A stretch of 64,000 nucleotides of DNA from assembly GCA_015486015.1 (NCBI GenBank), contig WFSL01000036.1, positions 30,934 to 94,933 of the forward strand. The letters run 5' to 3'. Positions within the stretch are counted from its first letter, which is position 1, and the number at the start of each line of letters is the position of its first letter. The notes below the pieces were generated by a model. That model did not search any database. It had not been told where the DNA came from and saw nothing but the letters and a program-made list of their open reading frames with translations. This DNA is from Aquificota bacterium (lineage in GTDB: Bacteria; Thermosulfidibacterota; Thermosulfidibacteria; Thermosulfidibacterales; B14-G1). Both the position numbers and the translations under genes were made by a program. Of the stretch, positions 49,629 to 59,588 are shown one piece after another.

Positions 49629-50123
49629 TTAGGCCAAGCCTTCCCGCTCTGATCCCTCTGAAGAGGCCATGCTAAGAAGCTCATCAGGAGTGAGCTCTCG
49701 AACACCCTTAACACGAAGCTTAAAGTACAGTGTCCTCCCAGCCAAGGGATGGTTGAAGTCCACCTTCACCTGATCCTCCGTTACATCAGCTATCCTGAAC
49801 GGATACTGCTCCCCTTGAGGGGTCTCCATCATCATGGTGCTTCCCACCTCCAGCTCGGTACCGGGAGGAAATTGGGAACGGGGCACATCATAAATGGCCT
49901 CCTCAAGGACTGGGCCATAGGCCTTCTCTGGAGGTAAAACTACTTCTACTTCATCTCCCTCCTCCTTCCCCTCCAGGGCCTCTTCTATAGCTGGGAGCAC
50001 ACTACTTCTCCCAAAATAGAAGATAAAAGGCCTCCTCGTCTCCAGGGTGGACTCCAAGAGTCGGCCATCATCAAGATGGAGCTCGTAATCCACTGTAACC
50101 ACCGTGTCCTTACCAACTTTCAT
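49629..50123 (-). CDS. slyD: FKBP-type peptidyl-prolyl cis-trans isomerase (SlyD-like, with IF insert)
   Basis: 164 aa with VTVDYELHLDDG..., DFNHPLAG and LYFKLRV. Confidence 0.85.
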   Translation of the reverse strand: MKVGKDTVVTVDYELHLDDGRLLESTLETRRPFIFYFGRSSVLPAIEEALEGKEEGDEVEVVLPPEKAYGPVLEEAIYDVPRSQFPPGTELEVGSTMMMETPQGEQYPFRIADVTEDQVKVDFNHPLAGRTLYFKLRVKGVRELTPDELLSMASSEGSEREGLA

Positions 50124-50200
50124 AAAACAGCCTCCTTTATGGTTTACTTGACCCTAAAAGATGCCCTCCCCTTTGTCAAACAAAAGAAGAAGGCAAATCC

Positions 50201-51574
50201 TCACAGGGAAGTAACGCCCACTGGGAAGACGAGCCGCTGACCGGGATAGATAACTGATTTGCGCAGACCGTTAACGGTAATTATGGTCTTTACCTTTACC
50301 CCATACCTCCTTGAGAGCTCCCATAAGGTATCGCCCTTCTTCACCACATGGACAAGCCACCTCTTTCTGTGCCCTCTCTTCTTCGAATGGGCCATACCCT
50401 TATGGGACTTGGCGCTGGCCACAATCGCCTTGGGTGGAGGGGCCTTTCTCTTACCCTTGAAATAATCCTTTACCGCATCCAACAGGGCCTCAGCTACCCT
50501 GGTACGAAAAGAGGCAGACCTCAAAAGTCTTGCCTCCTTAGGATTAGTAAGGAACCCTACCTCTACCAACACCGATGGTATCCCTGGATTTTGGAGTACG
50601 ATAAACCGCGCCCGCCTCACACCTCCCCTGCGAAGCCCTGTGTGCCTTACCAGACTCCTCAGGGCCAACCTGGCAAACTTTTCACTCTCTAACCGGGAAT
50701 AGTCCTGAGCCATATCCAGGAGTATATAGTTTATTTCCCTCTTCTTGCTAAAGCTTACCTCCATGAGGTCCGCCGTATTCTCTATCCTCGCCAGCATCCT
50801 GGAAACATTGTCCGTGGCCCCTCTTGAAGAGAGCGCAAAGACCATCACCCCCTTGGCCCTTCTGCTGGGAGCAGCGTTGCAATGGATACTGATAAAGAGA
50901 TCTGCCTTATATTCATGGGCTATCTCCACCCTCTTCCTTAATGGAAGGTAGTAATCCCCCTTCCTGGTGAGATAACCCCGGAATCCAGGCGTGGAATTGA
51001 GGAGATCCACCAGCTTCTTAGCAATGGAAAACACCACCCGTTTCTCCATGAGGCCATTGTGTACGGCACCTGGATCATCCCCCCCATGTCCGGGATCAAC
51101 CACCACGATGAAGTGCCGCTCCCGCTTCTCCTTTTCCGCCTCCTGGATTCGTTCCATCCTCTCCTTAGCCACTACACTTTTAGGCTTCTGCACATCCAGC
51201 ACATACCGGGCTCCTACACTCCTGAAGGGTTTCAAATAAAAGAAAGAGTATGTTAGATCCTTTTCCAATACCAAAACCACCCTTACACCAGTACCCTTTG
51301 GGGCCCAACGGATCTCTCTTATCACTCCATCTCCTACAATCTTCTTTCCCGAAGGTAGCCCAATAAGACCCTTAATATCTACCACTACCCTCGGAGGATT
51401 TAGCAACTTATACACCTTCGCTTTCCCTGATCCGCTAACATCTAAAACCACCCTGGTATGATCTGGAGCAGACCAATATCGAACCCCTCTGAGATGGGGA
51501 AGCGCCAAAGCAGAGGAGACCATCATAAAAATCAAAACACCAATTATCCATATCCTGACGAGTACCTTACCCAT
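50201..51574 (-). CDS. N-acetylmuramoyl-L-alanine amidase (AMIN + Amidase_3 + LysM)
   Basis: A signal peptide is followed by an AMIN-like domain (RYWSAPDHTRVVLD), an Amidase_3 domain (VVVDPGHGGDDPGA, SIHCNA) and a C-terminal LysM (HVVKKGDTLWELSRRYG). Confidence 0.85.
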   Translation of the reverse strand: MGKVLVRIWIIGVLIFMMVSSALALPHLRGVRYWSAPDHTRVVLDVSGSGKAKVYKLLNPPRVVVDIKGLIGLPSGKKIVGDGVIREIRWAPKGTGVRVVLVLEKDLTYSFFYLKPFRSVGARYVLDVQKPKSVVAKERMERIQEAEKEKRERHFIVVVDPGHGGDDPGAVHNGLMEKRVVFSIAKKLVDLLNSTPGFRGYLTRKGDYYLPLRKRVEIAHEYKADLFISIHCNAAPSRRAKGVMVFALSSRGATDNVSRMLARIENTADLMEVSFSKKREINYILLDMAQDYSRLESEKFARLALRSLVRHTGLRRGGVRRARFIVLQNPGIPSVLVEVGFLTNPKEARLLRSASFRTRVAEALLDAVKDYFKGKRKAPPPKAIVASAKSHKGMAHSKKRGHRKRWLVHVVKKGDTLWELSRRYGVKVKTIITVNGLRKSVIYPGQRLVFPVGVTSL

Positions 51575-52503
51575 TTGCGCTTTGCCTCCCGCACATCTCT
51601 ACCTATCTGTTCCACTAACATCCGAGGTGTAGGAAACTTTTCCTCCTCCCTAATTCTATCAAAAAACAAAATCCCTATTCTCTTATCATATAGATCTTCA
51701 CAAAAGTCAATTATGTACGCCTCAATTTTTTTAACCTTCTCCTCACCAAATGTGGGGTTATAGCCTATACTCACCACCGAAGGATAGATACTATCCCCTA
51801 TCTCAACAGCGGCAGCATATACCCCATTCTTAGGAATAACCTCGTTCTCTGGATCTATATTCGCCGTAGGAAACCCCAACTTCTTTCCCCTCCCAGCCCC
51901 TCTAACAACCCTGCCAATCAACTTATATGGTCTGCCTAACAGCTTCCACGCGCCAAAAACATCCCCCTCCATTATTAATCTCCTTATCCTCGTGCTACTC
52001 ACAAGGTGCCCTTCCACCACCACTGGATCTACAACCTTTACTGAAAACTGAAATTGATCCCCCATTTCCTTCAAATACCGGACATCCCCTTCCCTACCTC
52101 TACCAAAACGAAAATCCCTCCCAATATAAATCTCCTTAGCAGACAGGCCATCCACAAGCACCTCTTTCACAAACACAGATGCCCTTAACGATGCAAACTC
52201 CGGGGTGAAACGAATACAGAGAAAATAATCCAATCCAGAAGATCCTATGAGCCTCACCTTTTCATCTATTGGCAAGAGCATAAGTGGGGCCTTTGAAGGG
52301 TTCAATACCCTAAGTGGATGCGGAAAGAAAGAGAGTGCAACAGAAGCAACACCCAATTCCTGCGCCCGATCTACAGTTCTTCTGAACAATTCCTGGTGAC
52401 CCAAGTGAACTCCATCAAAGTTGCCCAGGGTGATTACCGAGGAGGAAACAAGCGGCTTTGGGATCTCCTCGAACCGAACCAGCATAAACCTCACGGCTCC
52501 CAT
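51544..52503 (-). CDS. ribF: Bifunctional riboflavin kinase / FMN adenylyltransferase
   Basis: 319 aa with GNFDGVHLGHQ, SST.IR and the PTANI kinase motif. Confidence 0.92.
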   Translation of the reverse strand: MGAVRFMLVRFEEIPKPLVSSSVITLGNFDGVHLGHQELFRRTVDRAQELGVASVALSFFPHPLRVLNPSKAPLMLLPIDEKVRLIGSSGLDYFLCIRFTPEFASLRASVFVKEVLVDGLSAKEIYIGRDFRFGRGREGDVRYLKEMGDQFQFSVKVVDPVVVEGHLVSSTRIRRLIMEGDVFGAWKLLGRPYKLIGRVVRGAGRGKKLGFPTANIDPENEVIPKNGVYAAAVEIGDSIYPSVVSIGYNPTFGEEKVKKIEAYIIDFCEDLYDKRIGILFFDRIREEEKFPTPRMLVEQIGRDVREAKRKWVRYSSGYG

Positions 52504-52716
52504 CTCCCCTCATGATACACAACGGATCCACCCCTAATTAAAGGCTTCAGCCACAGCAAGAGGAAGAGGAATTGGGATGAAGACCATAGAGTATCCCTCA
52601 TCAAAAGGGCTATCACCTCTAAAGGCTCTAACCATATATTTCGCCTCGAGAGTGGATGCTCACTCCTTGGAACAACCTTAGGGGAGGCAACCTTCGAAGA
52701 AGATAGAAAAGGGGTT

Positions 52717-53115
52717 TCACTCGCCAATGATCTTCACCAAGACCCTCTTTCTCCTTCTCATATTAATAATATCTGCTCCCATGGGCCAAAGGCCAACTTG
52801 CCGCCTGTGATGGCCACCTCCTCTCTAGTCAAGACCTGCCTTTTGAGGTGCGCACCCCCATTCTCCCCTATAAGATTGTGGCGGTTCCTGGAAAGAGGTC
52901 ATGGGGGCGAGGGCCCCCAGCCACCCTACAAGATCATGGCGAAGGCCCTCTTCCTCATTGTTGATGGATACCGAAGTAATGTGCATGGCACTATCTAAGC
53001 AGAGCCCATCACGGACCCCGCTTTCCGCCATACACCCCTTTACTTGTGGCGTTATATCAAAAAACACCGTCTTAGAAGGGGCATTTAGCCAAAGTCCCCA
53101 CTTGTAGATCCTCAA
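52717..53115 (-). pseudogene. YjbQ/UPF0047 family gene interrupted by two frameshifts
   Basis: Frame 1 (53115-52825) gives FDITPQV...SINNEEEGLRHD...YRGEWG. Frame 2 continues with [32 protein letters not shown]. Frame 3 ends RRRKRVLVKIIGE* with its stop at 52719-52717. The shifts fall in a G5 run (52855-52859) and an AT tract (about 52761-52775). Confidence 0.6.
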
Positions 53116-53118
53116 ATG

Positions 53119-53307
53119 TTACTCCTCTATTAGGATAGCCTCACCCGGGCACGACTCCGCAGCCTCTTTGGCACAGTCCAACATCTCCCCTTCTACTTCT
53201 GAGACCTTCACCTGTGCCACATCATTCAACTCAAACACGTCCGGACACAGGTCTGAACACACGCCACAGGCTGTACACAACTCCTCATCCACTTTAACAA
53301 CCGCCAT
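53119..53307 (-). CDS. Small [4Fe-4S]/[3Fe-4S] ferredoxin
   Basis: 62 aa with the C..C..C...CP ... C pattern (CTACGVCSDLCP ... CP), an acidic single-cluster ferredoxin type. Confidence 0.8.
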   Translation of the reverse strand: MAVVKVDEELCTACGVCSDLCPDVFELNDVAQVKVSEVEGEMLDCAKEAAESCPGEAILIEE

Positions 53308-53351
53308 GTTCCACCTCCTTTAGAGATTTGGTGTATTTAATGAGCCAAATT

Positions 53352-54698
53352 TCACAAAAAATCAAGAGAGGAAACCAACCTGCTAAAGGCTTCCCCCCTC
53401 TCTGCATAGGAAGAGAACTCATCAAAGCTGGCACAACCTGGAGAGAGCAAAACAGCATCGCCAGGCCCCGCCCATACCAACGCCTTCCTAAAGGCCTCTT
53501 CCATGTCCACAGCTTCAGCCACCGGTACAGTCAACCCGGAAAGGTGAGAAAGGATTTCCCCCTTAGCCTCACCAAAGACCACAAGACCCTTAGCCCTTTG
53601 GTTGATGGTTGATCTCAGTGAGGAAAAACTTAGGCCTTTATTGTGGCCCCCCATCAACAGGATCAATGGGCCCTTGACCAATGAAAGTGCCCTCCTCACC
53701 GCCGAGGGGTTGGTGGCCTTAGAATCATCGTAAAACCTGATGCCCCCCTTCACAGCCACGAGCTCCAGACGATGGGGAGGGAAGGTAAAGCTCTTAAGTG
53801 CGGTGAGAATGGAAGGAAAGGCAAGGCCGGCCAGCCTTCCAGCCGCCACGGCAGCAACAACGTTGTCTATGTGGAGAAAAAGGGGATGCCCTATCTCTTG
53901 GAGCCCTGATACACGTTCTCGCCCTGATCCATCCACCCACCAAAGCGTCCCTCTCCTCAGCCCAAGGCCCCTCTCCACTGGCCCAGAGAAGGAGAAAAAA
54001 TACATTCCATCCGACTTCAACGGACTAAGCCAGGGATCCTCAGCATTTAAGAGGGACTTTCCCTGCCGAGGGAATATCCTGGCCTTTAGCGCCCTATAGA
54101 CATCCATGGTGCCATGGCGGTCAAGGTGGTCCTCTCCAAGATTGAGGAGAACGCCAAGAGAAGGGTTGAACGTCTCCACCCATTCCAGCTGAAAGCTGCT
54201 CACCTCCAAAACCAGCCAGGGAGGCACCGCTCCACCCACTATCAGCCGAGAAAGGGGAGTGCCTATATTACCCCCCACCCAAACATCTTCCCCCAGGGTG
54301 CTAAATATATGGCCTATCATAGAGGCCACAGTGGTCTTCCCGTTGGTACCTGTAACGGCCATTACAAAAGGGGCGGGAGAATTAATCTGCCTCCAGGCAA
54401 GCTCCATCTCCCCTACCACTTCTATCCCATTGTCCAGGGCCTGCCGGATAAGGGGATGCCCTGCATGGACCCCTGGGCTCACCACTACCGTAGAAACCTC
54501 AGGAGGGAGAGAAGGGCATCCGCCGAGAAAGGCTTGGAAAGAGAGACCCAGGGATTCTGCCCTTTCCCTAAGCTCCCTTACCACACCATAGGGCCTTGTG
54601 GCATCGTCCACCACTACCACAGAGCCCTTGAGACACTCCATCACTAAACGGGTGGCCCAGTATCCCGAGTCACCCAAGCCCAGGACCAGATGAGCCAT
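53352..54698 (-). CDS. murD: UDP-N-acetylmuramoylalanine--D-glutamate ligase
   Basis: 448 aa with VTGTNGKTT. It sits downstream of mraY, as in dcw clusters. Confidence 0.92.
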   Translation of the reverse strand: MAHLVLGLGDSGYWATRLVMECLKGSVVVVDDATRPYGVVRELRERAESLGLSFQAFLGGCPSLPPEVSTVVVSPGVHAGHPLIRQALDNGIEVVGEMELAWRQINSPAPFVMAVTGTNGKTTVASMIGHIFSTLGEDVWVGGNIGTPLSRLIVGGAVPPWLVLEVSSFQLEWVETFNPSLGVLLNLGEDHLDRHGTMDVYRALKARIFPRQGKSLLNAEDPWLSPLKSDGMYFFSFSGPVERGLGLRRGTLWWVDGSGRERVSGLQEIGHPLFLHIDNVVAAVAAGRLAGLAFPSILTALKSFTFPPHRLELVAVKGGIRFYDDSKATNPSAVRRALSLVKGPLILLMGGHNKGLSFSSLRSTINQRAKGLVVFGEAKGEILSHLSGLTVPVAEAVDMEEAFRKALVWAGPGDAVLLSPGCASFDEFSSYAERGEAFSRLVSSLDFL

Positions 54699-54704
54699 GG
54701 ATTG

Positions 54705-55790
54705 TCACCTCAGTTTTAAGGTAGAAAGGGCAAAGAGGGCAAAGACAAGGGAAATGATCCAAAAGCGCACTATAATCTTGGGTTCAGGCAAACCCTTCTG
54801 CTCAAAGTGGTGGTGTATAGGGGCCATCCGAAACACCCTCTTTCCACCTGTCATCTTAAAGTACGCCACCTGGATAATTACCGAGAGGGTCTCCACCACA
54901 AACACCCCACCCACAATGGCCAACAAGAGCTCATGCTTGGTGATGAGGGCAACGACACCCAAGGCCCCTCCCAAAGCCAAGGAACCTGTGTCGCCCATAA
55001 ACATCTGGGCAGGGTAGGAGTTGAACCAAAGGAAACCCAGACTTGCACCCACGAGGGCACCACAAAAGATGGCCACCTCGCCTGCACCAGACACATGGAA
55101 TATCCTGAGATAGTGGGCAAAGCGTGCATGTCCCACCAAGTATGAGATGGTGGCATACGTGGCAAAGCAGATAGTGGCAGGCACAATGGCCAAACCATCC
55201 ATGCCATCTGTAAGGTTGACGGCATTGGAGGAGCCTACTATCACCAAGAGGGCAAAGGGTATATACAAGAGCCCTAAGTGGGGAGATATCCTCTTAAAAA
55301 AGGGGACTAAGAGATCTGAAGAGTGGGGACCCAGCCTCCCATAGAGGAAAATGGCCAATACCAAAGCCAGTGCCACTTGAAGGATGAACTTCCTCTTGGC
55401 CCCTATTCCCTTGGGGTTCCCCAACTTTACCTTCATATAGTCATCCCAGCATCCAATGGCCCCATAGCCTAACAGGGCGATAAGGGCCACCCAAACCAAT
55501 GGATTGGAGAGATCTGCCCAGAGAAGGACAGAAAACAAGACCGACAAAAGTATAAGGATCCCACCCATGGTAGGGGTACCCTTCTTCTGAAAATGGCTCC
55601 TGGGACCGTCCTCCCTGATAATCTGACCCACCCTATGTTCCTTTAACCTCTCTATGAGCCATGGACCAAGCAGGAGAGATACAAACAGGGCCGTGACTGT
55701 AGCATAGATGGTCCTGAATGTGATGTATCTAAAAACATTGAATGGAAAGTAGTACGTATGAAGCCCATAGAGAAACTTCCAGAGCATCAC
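54705..55790 (-). CDS. mraY: Phospho-N-acetylmuramoyl-pentapeptide transferase
   Basis: 361 aa and 10 TM segments, with KKGTPTMGG, NAVNLTDGMDGLA, MGDTGSLALGG and APIHHHFE. Confidence 0.95.
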   Translation of the reverse strand: MMLWKFLYGLHTYYFPFNVFRYITFRTIYATVTALFVSLLLGPWLIERLKEHRVGQIIREDGPRSHFQKKGTPTMGGILILLSVLFSVLLWADLSNPLVWVALIALLGYGAIGCWDDYMKVKLGNPKGIGAKRKFILQVALALVLAIFLYGRLGPHSSDLLVPFFKRISPHLGLLYIPFALLVIVGSSNAVNLTDGMDGLAIVPATICFATYATISYLVGHARFAHYLRIFHVSGAGEVAIFCGALVGASLGFLWFNSYPAQMFMGDTGSLALGGALGVVALITKHELLLAIVGGVFVVETLSVIIQVAYFKMTGGKRVFRMAPIHHHFEQKGLPEPKIIVRFWIISLVFALFALSTLKLR

Positions 55791-57133
55791 TCCACCCCGA
55801 GGGCCTCCAAGACCCTCTCCATCTGAACCCCCCTGGATCCCTTAATCAAAAGTGCGTCCCCCTCTCTCAACTCGTTAGCCAACGACCAGGCTGCCTCCGA
55901 ATGGTCAGCGAACCAACAAGCATTACCTGCACCCTCCGCAATCCCCATAGCTTCATCACCAAGGGTACCGATCCAATCTATTCCCAGGGATTTGGCCCTC
56001 TCCCCAATCCACCTGTGCCAGTATGCACTCTCCTCCCCCAGTTCCAACATGGAGCCCAGTAGGGCCAATCTCCTATGGACAGGAAGAGACGCAAGGGTCT
56101 TCAGTGCCCAGAAGGTGGAATCGGGGTTTGCATTATAAGAATCATCAAGGATGAGCACGCCGCGCCAATACCTGACGCTCATCCTACCCTGCACCCCCTG
56201 AAAAGAGGGGAGCACGGAAACCGCCTCATCGGGGGATACCCCCATCCTATAGGCCACCCCTAAGGCAGCAAGGGCATTCAACACATGATGCACCCCCAAG
56301 AGTGGAAGACCGACCTGGATCCTCCCCCAGGGGCCAATGGCTGTAAAGTAGGTGTACCATTTCCCCCTTTCTTGGGAAATCTGGATATCCTTTCCTCTCA
56401 CATCGCCCTTCTCAAGCCCAAAAGTGAAGGTCCTTGGAAAACCTTGAGAAATCCGGTTACAAAGGGGGTCATCTGCGTTGTAGACCAGCAGCCCATCCCT
56501 CCTCAAACCCCTCAAGAGCTCCCCCTTTGCCCGCCTTACCCCTTCTACACCCCCTAAGGGGCCAAGATGGGCCCTCCCCACATTAGTAAGTACTCCTACA
56601 TGGGGCCGAGCTATAAGGCTCAATCGCTCAATCTCTCCCAAAGAACTGGTACCCATCTCCAGGACCAACACCTGGGTCTCCTCCGGCATATTGGCCACCG
56701 TATAGGGAAGACCCACCTGGTTGTTATAGTTCATTTCCGTCTTATGCACCCTAAATCTCGACCGCAAAATGTGGGCAATGAGCTCCTTCGTAGTGGTCTT
56801 GCCCGAGGAACCCGTCACAGCCACCACCTTAGGGGCCAGCGTGCCCAAGAGAGAAGAGGCCCACCTCTGCAAAGCCCCCAGGGTATCGGGTACTACCACA
56901 CATGGGGCCCCACACTTCCGTTCCACTACCACCAATGGGCTCCCCTTCTGCCAGGCCTCTACTGCAAATACATGACCATCAAACCTCTTCCCCTTAAGGG
57001 CGAAAAACACCTTTCCATTGCAGTCCTTACGGCTGTCCAGAGATACACCCCTATACGGTAGTTTCAACAATGGAGAAGGACCAAAATATACTCCCTCGAC
57101 CCCTACAAGAAAGTGCTGCAAGGTCAAAACCAC
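55787..57133 (-). CDS. murF: UDP-N-acetylmuramoyl-tripeptide--D-alanyl-D-alanine ligase
   Basis: 448 aa with VTGSSGKTTTKE and DDSYNANP. Confidence 0.9.
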   Translation of the reverse strand: MVLTLQHFLVGVEGVYFGPSPLLKLPYRGVSLDSRKDCNGKVFFALKGKRFDGHVFAVEAWQKGSPLVVVERKCGAPCVVVPDTLGALQRWASSLLGTLAPKVVAVTGSSGKTTTKELIAHILRSRFRVHKTEMNYNNQVGLPYTVANMPEETQVLVLEMGTSSLGEIERLSLIARPHVGVLTNVGRAHLGPLGGVEGVRRAKGELLRGLRRDGLLVYNADDPLCNRISQGFPRTFTFGLEKGDVRGKDIQISQERGKWYTYFTAIGPWGRIQVGLPLLGVHHVLNALAALGVAYRMGVSPDEAVSVLPSFQGVQGRMSVRYWRGVLILDDSYNANPDSTFWALKTLASLPVHRRLALLGSMLELGEESAYWHRWIGERAKSLGIDWIGTLGDEAMGIAEGAGNACWFADHSEAAWSLANELREGDALLIKGSRGVQMERVLEALGVE

Positions 57134-58569
57134 CCCATCTCCTCCATGATCCCCTTAGCTACCTCTACATCGTTAAAAGGAAACACCTCATCACCCACAA
57201 TCTGGTAGTCCTCATGCCCCTTCCCTGCTATGAGCACCACATCACCTGGCTGTGCCTCTGAGAGTGCCACCCTTATGGCCTCTCTCCTATCAGGCTCCAC
57301 CAAAGCCCCCCCTTCAACCCCTGCTAAGATCCCCTGGATAATAGAGAGGGGATCCTCTGTGCGAGGATTATCCGAGGTGACCACCACCCTATGGGCAAGC
57401 TTAGATGCCACGGCACCCATTAAGGGCCTCTTTCCCTTGTCCCTGTCACCCCCACAGCCAAACACCACAATCAGTCTACCCCGAACCACCTGCCTCAACG
57501 CTTGAAGCACTGCCTGAAGGGCATCAGGGGTGTGGGCATAGTCGACAAATACCCCTACTCCCCTTCTGTTGGGTATCGACTGCAGCCTTCCCTTTACCCC
57601 CTTAAAAGTGCGAAGGTGGGTAAGCACCTCCGCAGGCCCCAAGCCAAGAGAGCTCAATGTGCCCCACGCAGCCAAGATGTTCCTGGCATTGTGAGGACCC
57701 ACAAGTGGGGACCTCACGGTGAATACCCCCTTGGAGTCCTCCACCCGCATCACCATGCCATCAAGGCCCATCTCCTCTATGGTGCCCCTCAATGGGGCCT
57801 CCCCATCAAGTGCAAAGCCTACGGTTTCTCCCTCCAGATGGGAAGAAAGTAACCTCCCGTAAGGGTCATCCAGGTTTAATACCGAGACCCCAGAGGTATA
57901 ATGGGTGAAAAGATGGGCCTTTGCCCAGTAATAGTGGTCCATGCTCCCATGGAAGTCCAAATGATCCCGGGTCAGATTCGTAAAGGTAGAAGTGTGAAAC
58001 TGGAGTCCCTCCACCCTTCCCAGTGAGAGGGCATGTGAAGAGACTTCCATCACTACGTGGGATATCCCCTCATCCACTGCTTCTCTCAAAAGACTCCACA
58101 AGAGAAGCGGTGGAGGGGTAGTACGCTCCGCCTTGAATCTCTTTTCCCCCAGCCTGTAGTCCACAGTGCCCAGCAACAAGACCCTCTCCCCTATCCCTTC
58201 CAAAACATGGGAGACCAAGTGGGTCACGGTGGTCTTCCCATTTGTACCCGTAATGCCAATGAATGTGAGGGAATTGTGGGGATTTCCAAAGAAGTTCCTG
58301 GCCAGATAAGGGAGAATCATCCGGGTATTCGCCACCTTAACTTGGGGAACACAAAGGGGGAGCTCCTCCTCCACTACCAAGGCAGAGGCCCCATTCTCTA
58401 CCGCCTGGGATGCATGTAGGTGACCATCTGTTGTGAATCCCCTGATACACACAAACAGATACCCAGGTTCCACCTCCCTGGAGTCCTCAGTCAAACCCAC
58501 CACCTCAATCTCACCCACCCCCCCAGGAATAGGGACGTCAAGCCCTCGAAAGAGTTCCACTAACTTCAT
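57124..58569 (-). CDS. murE: UDP-N-acetylmuramoyl-L-alanyl-D-glutamate--2,6-diaminopimelate ligase
   Basis: Contains GITGTNGKTT, DYAHTPDAL and the DNPR motif. The start is taken at ATG 58569, immediately after the rsmH stop at 58572-58574; the track ORF extends to 58692 inside rsmH. Confidence 0.92.
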   Translation of the reverse strand: MKLVELFRGLDVPIPGGVGEIEVVGLTEDSREVEPGYLFVCIRGFTTDGHLHASQAVENGASALVVEEELPLCVPQVKVANTRMILPYLARNFFGNPHNSLTFIGITGTNGKTTVTHLVSHVLEGIGERVLLLGTVDYRLGEKRFKAERTTPPPLLLWSLLREAVDEGISHVVMEVSSHALSLGRVEGLQFHTSTFTNLTRDHLDFHGSMDHYYWAKAHLFTHYTSGVSVLNLDDPYGRLLSSHLEGETVGFALDGEAPLRGTIEEMGLDGMVMRVEDSKGVFTVRSPLVGPHNARNILAAWGTLSSLGLGPAEVLTHLRTFKGVKGRLQSIPNRRGVGVFVDYAHTPDALQAVLQALRQVVRGRLIVVFGCGGDRDKGKRPLMGAVASKLAHRVVVTSDNPRTEDPLSIIQGILAGVEGGALVEPDRREAIRVALSEAQPGDVVLIAGKGHEDYQIVGDEVFPFNDVEVAKGIMEEMGWF

Positions 58570-58571
58570 CC

Positions 58572-59465
58572 TTAGCCCTTCTGAAAGACCCTCAATTTCC
58601 CACTCCTGGAGCGAATGTTCCGCTCCACCTCCGCAGCCGATGGGGTCACAGGCTTCCTCGTAACCACCTCCCCCAAACCCCTTCCCTCCCACTCTCTAAA
58701 GGCTTTCTTAACCATGGAATCCTCCAAAGAGTGAAACGATATCACAAGAAATCTGCCATCATGGGCCAGCACCTCTATCCCCACATTAAGGCCCTCTCCT
58801 AACTCCTCCAGTTCCCTATTCACCTCGATCCTTAATGCCTGAAAGACCCGAGTGGCAGGATGAATCTTCTTGGGATGAAACTTCTTGGGTATGGACCATT
58901 CCACCACCTGCGCTAAGGCAGAAGTGGTGAGGATGGGGAACCTCTTCCTGGTGCTCACGATGTTCCGGGCTATTTTCTTAGCCCACCGTTCTTCCCCATA
59001 CTCCCTAAAGATACGCTCAAGCTCGCTGGCAGAGTACGTGTTCACTACACCAGCAGCAGTAAGCTCTTGCCCCCTATCCATCCTCATATCCAGGGGCTCA
59101 TCCTTCTGGAACGAAAACCCCCTGCCTTGGGAATCGAGCTGAAGGGAAGAGAGACCCAAATCAAGGAGAAAGGCGCCCACCTCTTTTACCCCTGCATCCC
59201 GTAATATCTCCCTCACCCCACTATAAAGGCCATGATAAAGCCTTACCTTCTGTGAGTACGGATTCAGCCTCATCGTCGCTATCTTCAGGGCATCCATATC
59301 TCTGTCTATCCCCACGTACAAGGAAGGCTCTAATCTCTCTAATATGGCCCTGGCATGGCCTCCGCAACCTACGGTTCCATCCACAAATACTCCCCCCTTA
59401 CAGGGCCCCAAAAACTCTATCACCTCCTCTACCATCACGGGCTCGTGCGACATCTCTTCGTCCAT
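58572..59465 (-). CDS. rsmH: 16S rRNA (cytosine1402-N4)-methyltransferase
   Basis: 297 aa with HEPVMV.EV, DGT.G.GGHA, DLG.SS.QLD and SFHSLED. Confidence 0.92.
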   Translation of the reverse strand: MDEEMSHEPVMVEEVIEFLGPCKGGVFVDGTVGCGGHARAILERLEPSLYVGIDRDMDALKIATMRLNPYSQKVRLYHGLYSGVREILRDAGVKEVGAFLLDLGLSSLQLDSQGRGFSFQKDEPLDMRMDRGQELTAAGVVNTYSASELERIFREYGEERWAKKIARNIVSTRKRFPILTTSALAQVVEWSIPKKFHPKKIHPATRVFQALRIEVNRELEELGEGLNVGIEVLAHDGRFLVISFHSLEDSMVKKAFREWEGRGLGEVVTRKPVTPSAAEVERNIRSRSGKLRVFQKG

Positions 59466-59588
59466 TAAAAACCCCTCTTCATTTTATCATTTCTGTGGTG
59501 TAACTTATAAATCTAAATACTATAAGGGGCAAACGGGGAAACACAGAATCAGACCAAGTAATTTCAACCAAACGGACTGAGGAAGGCG

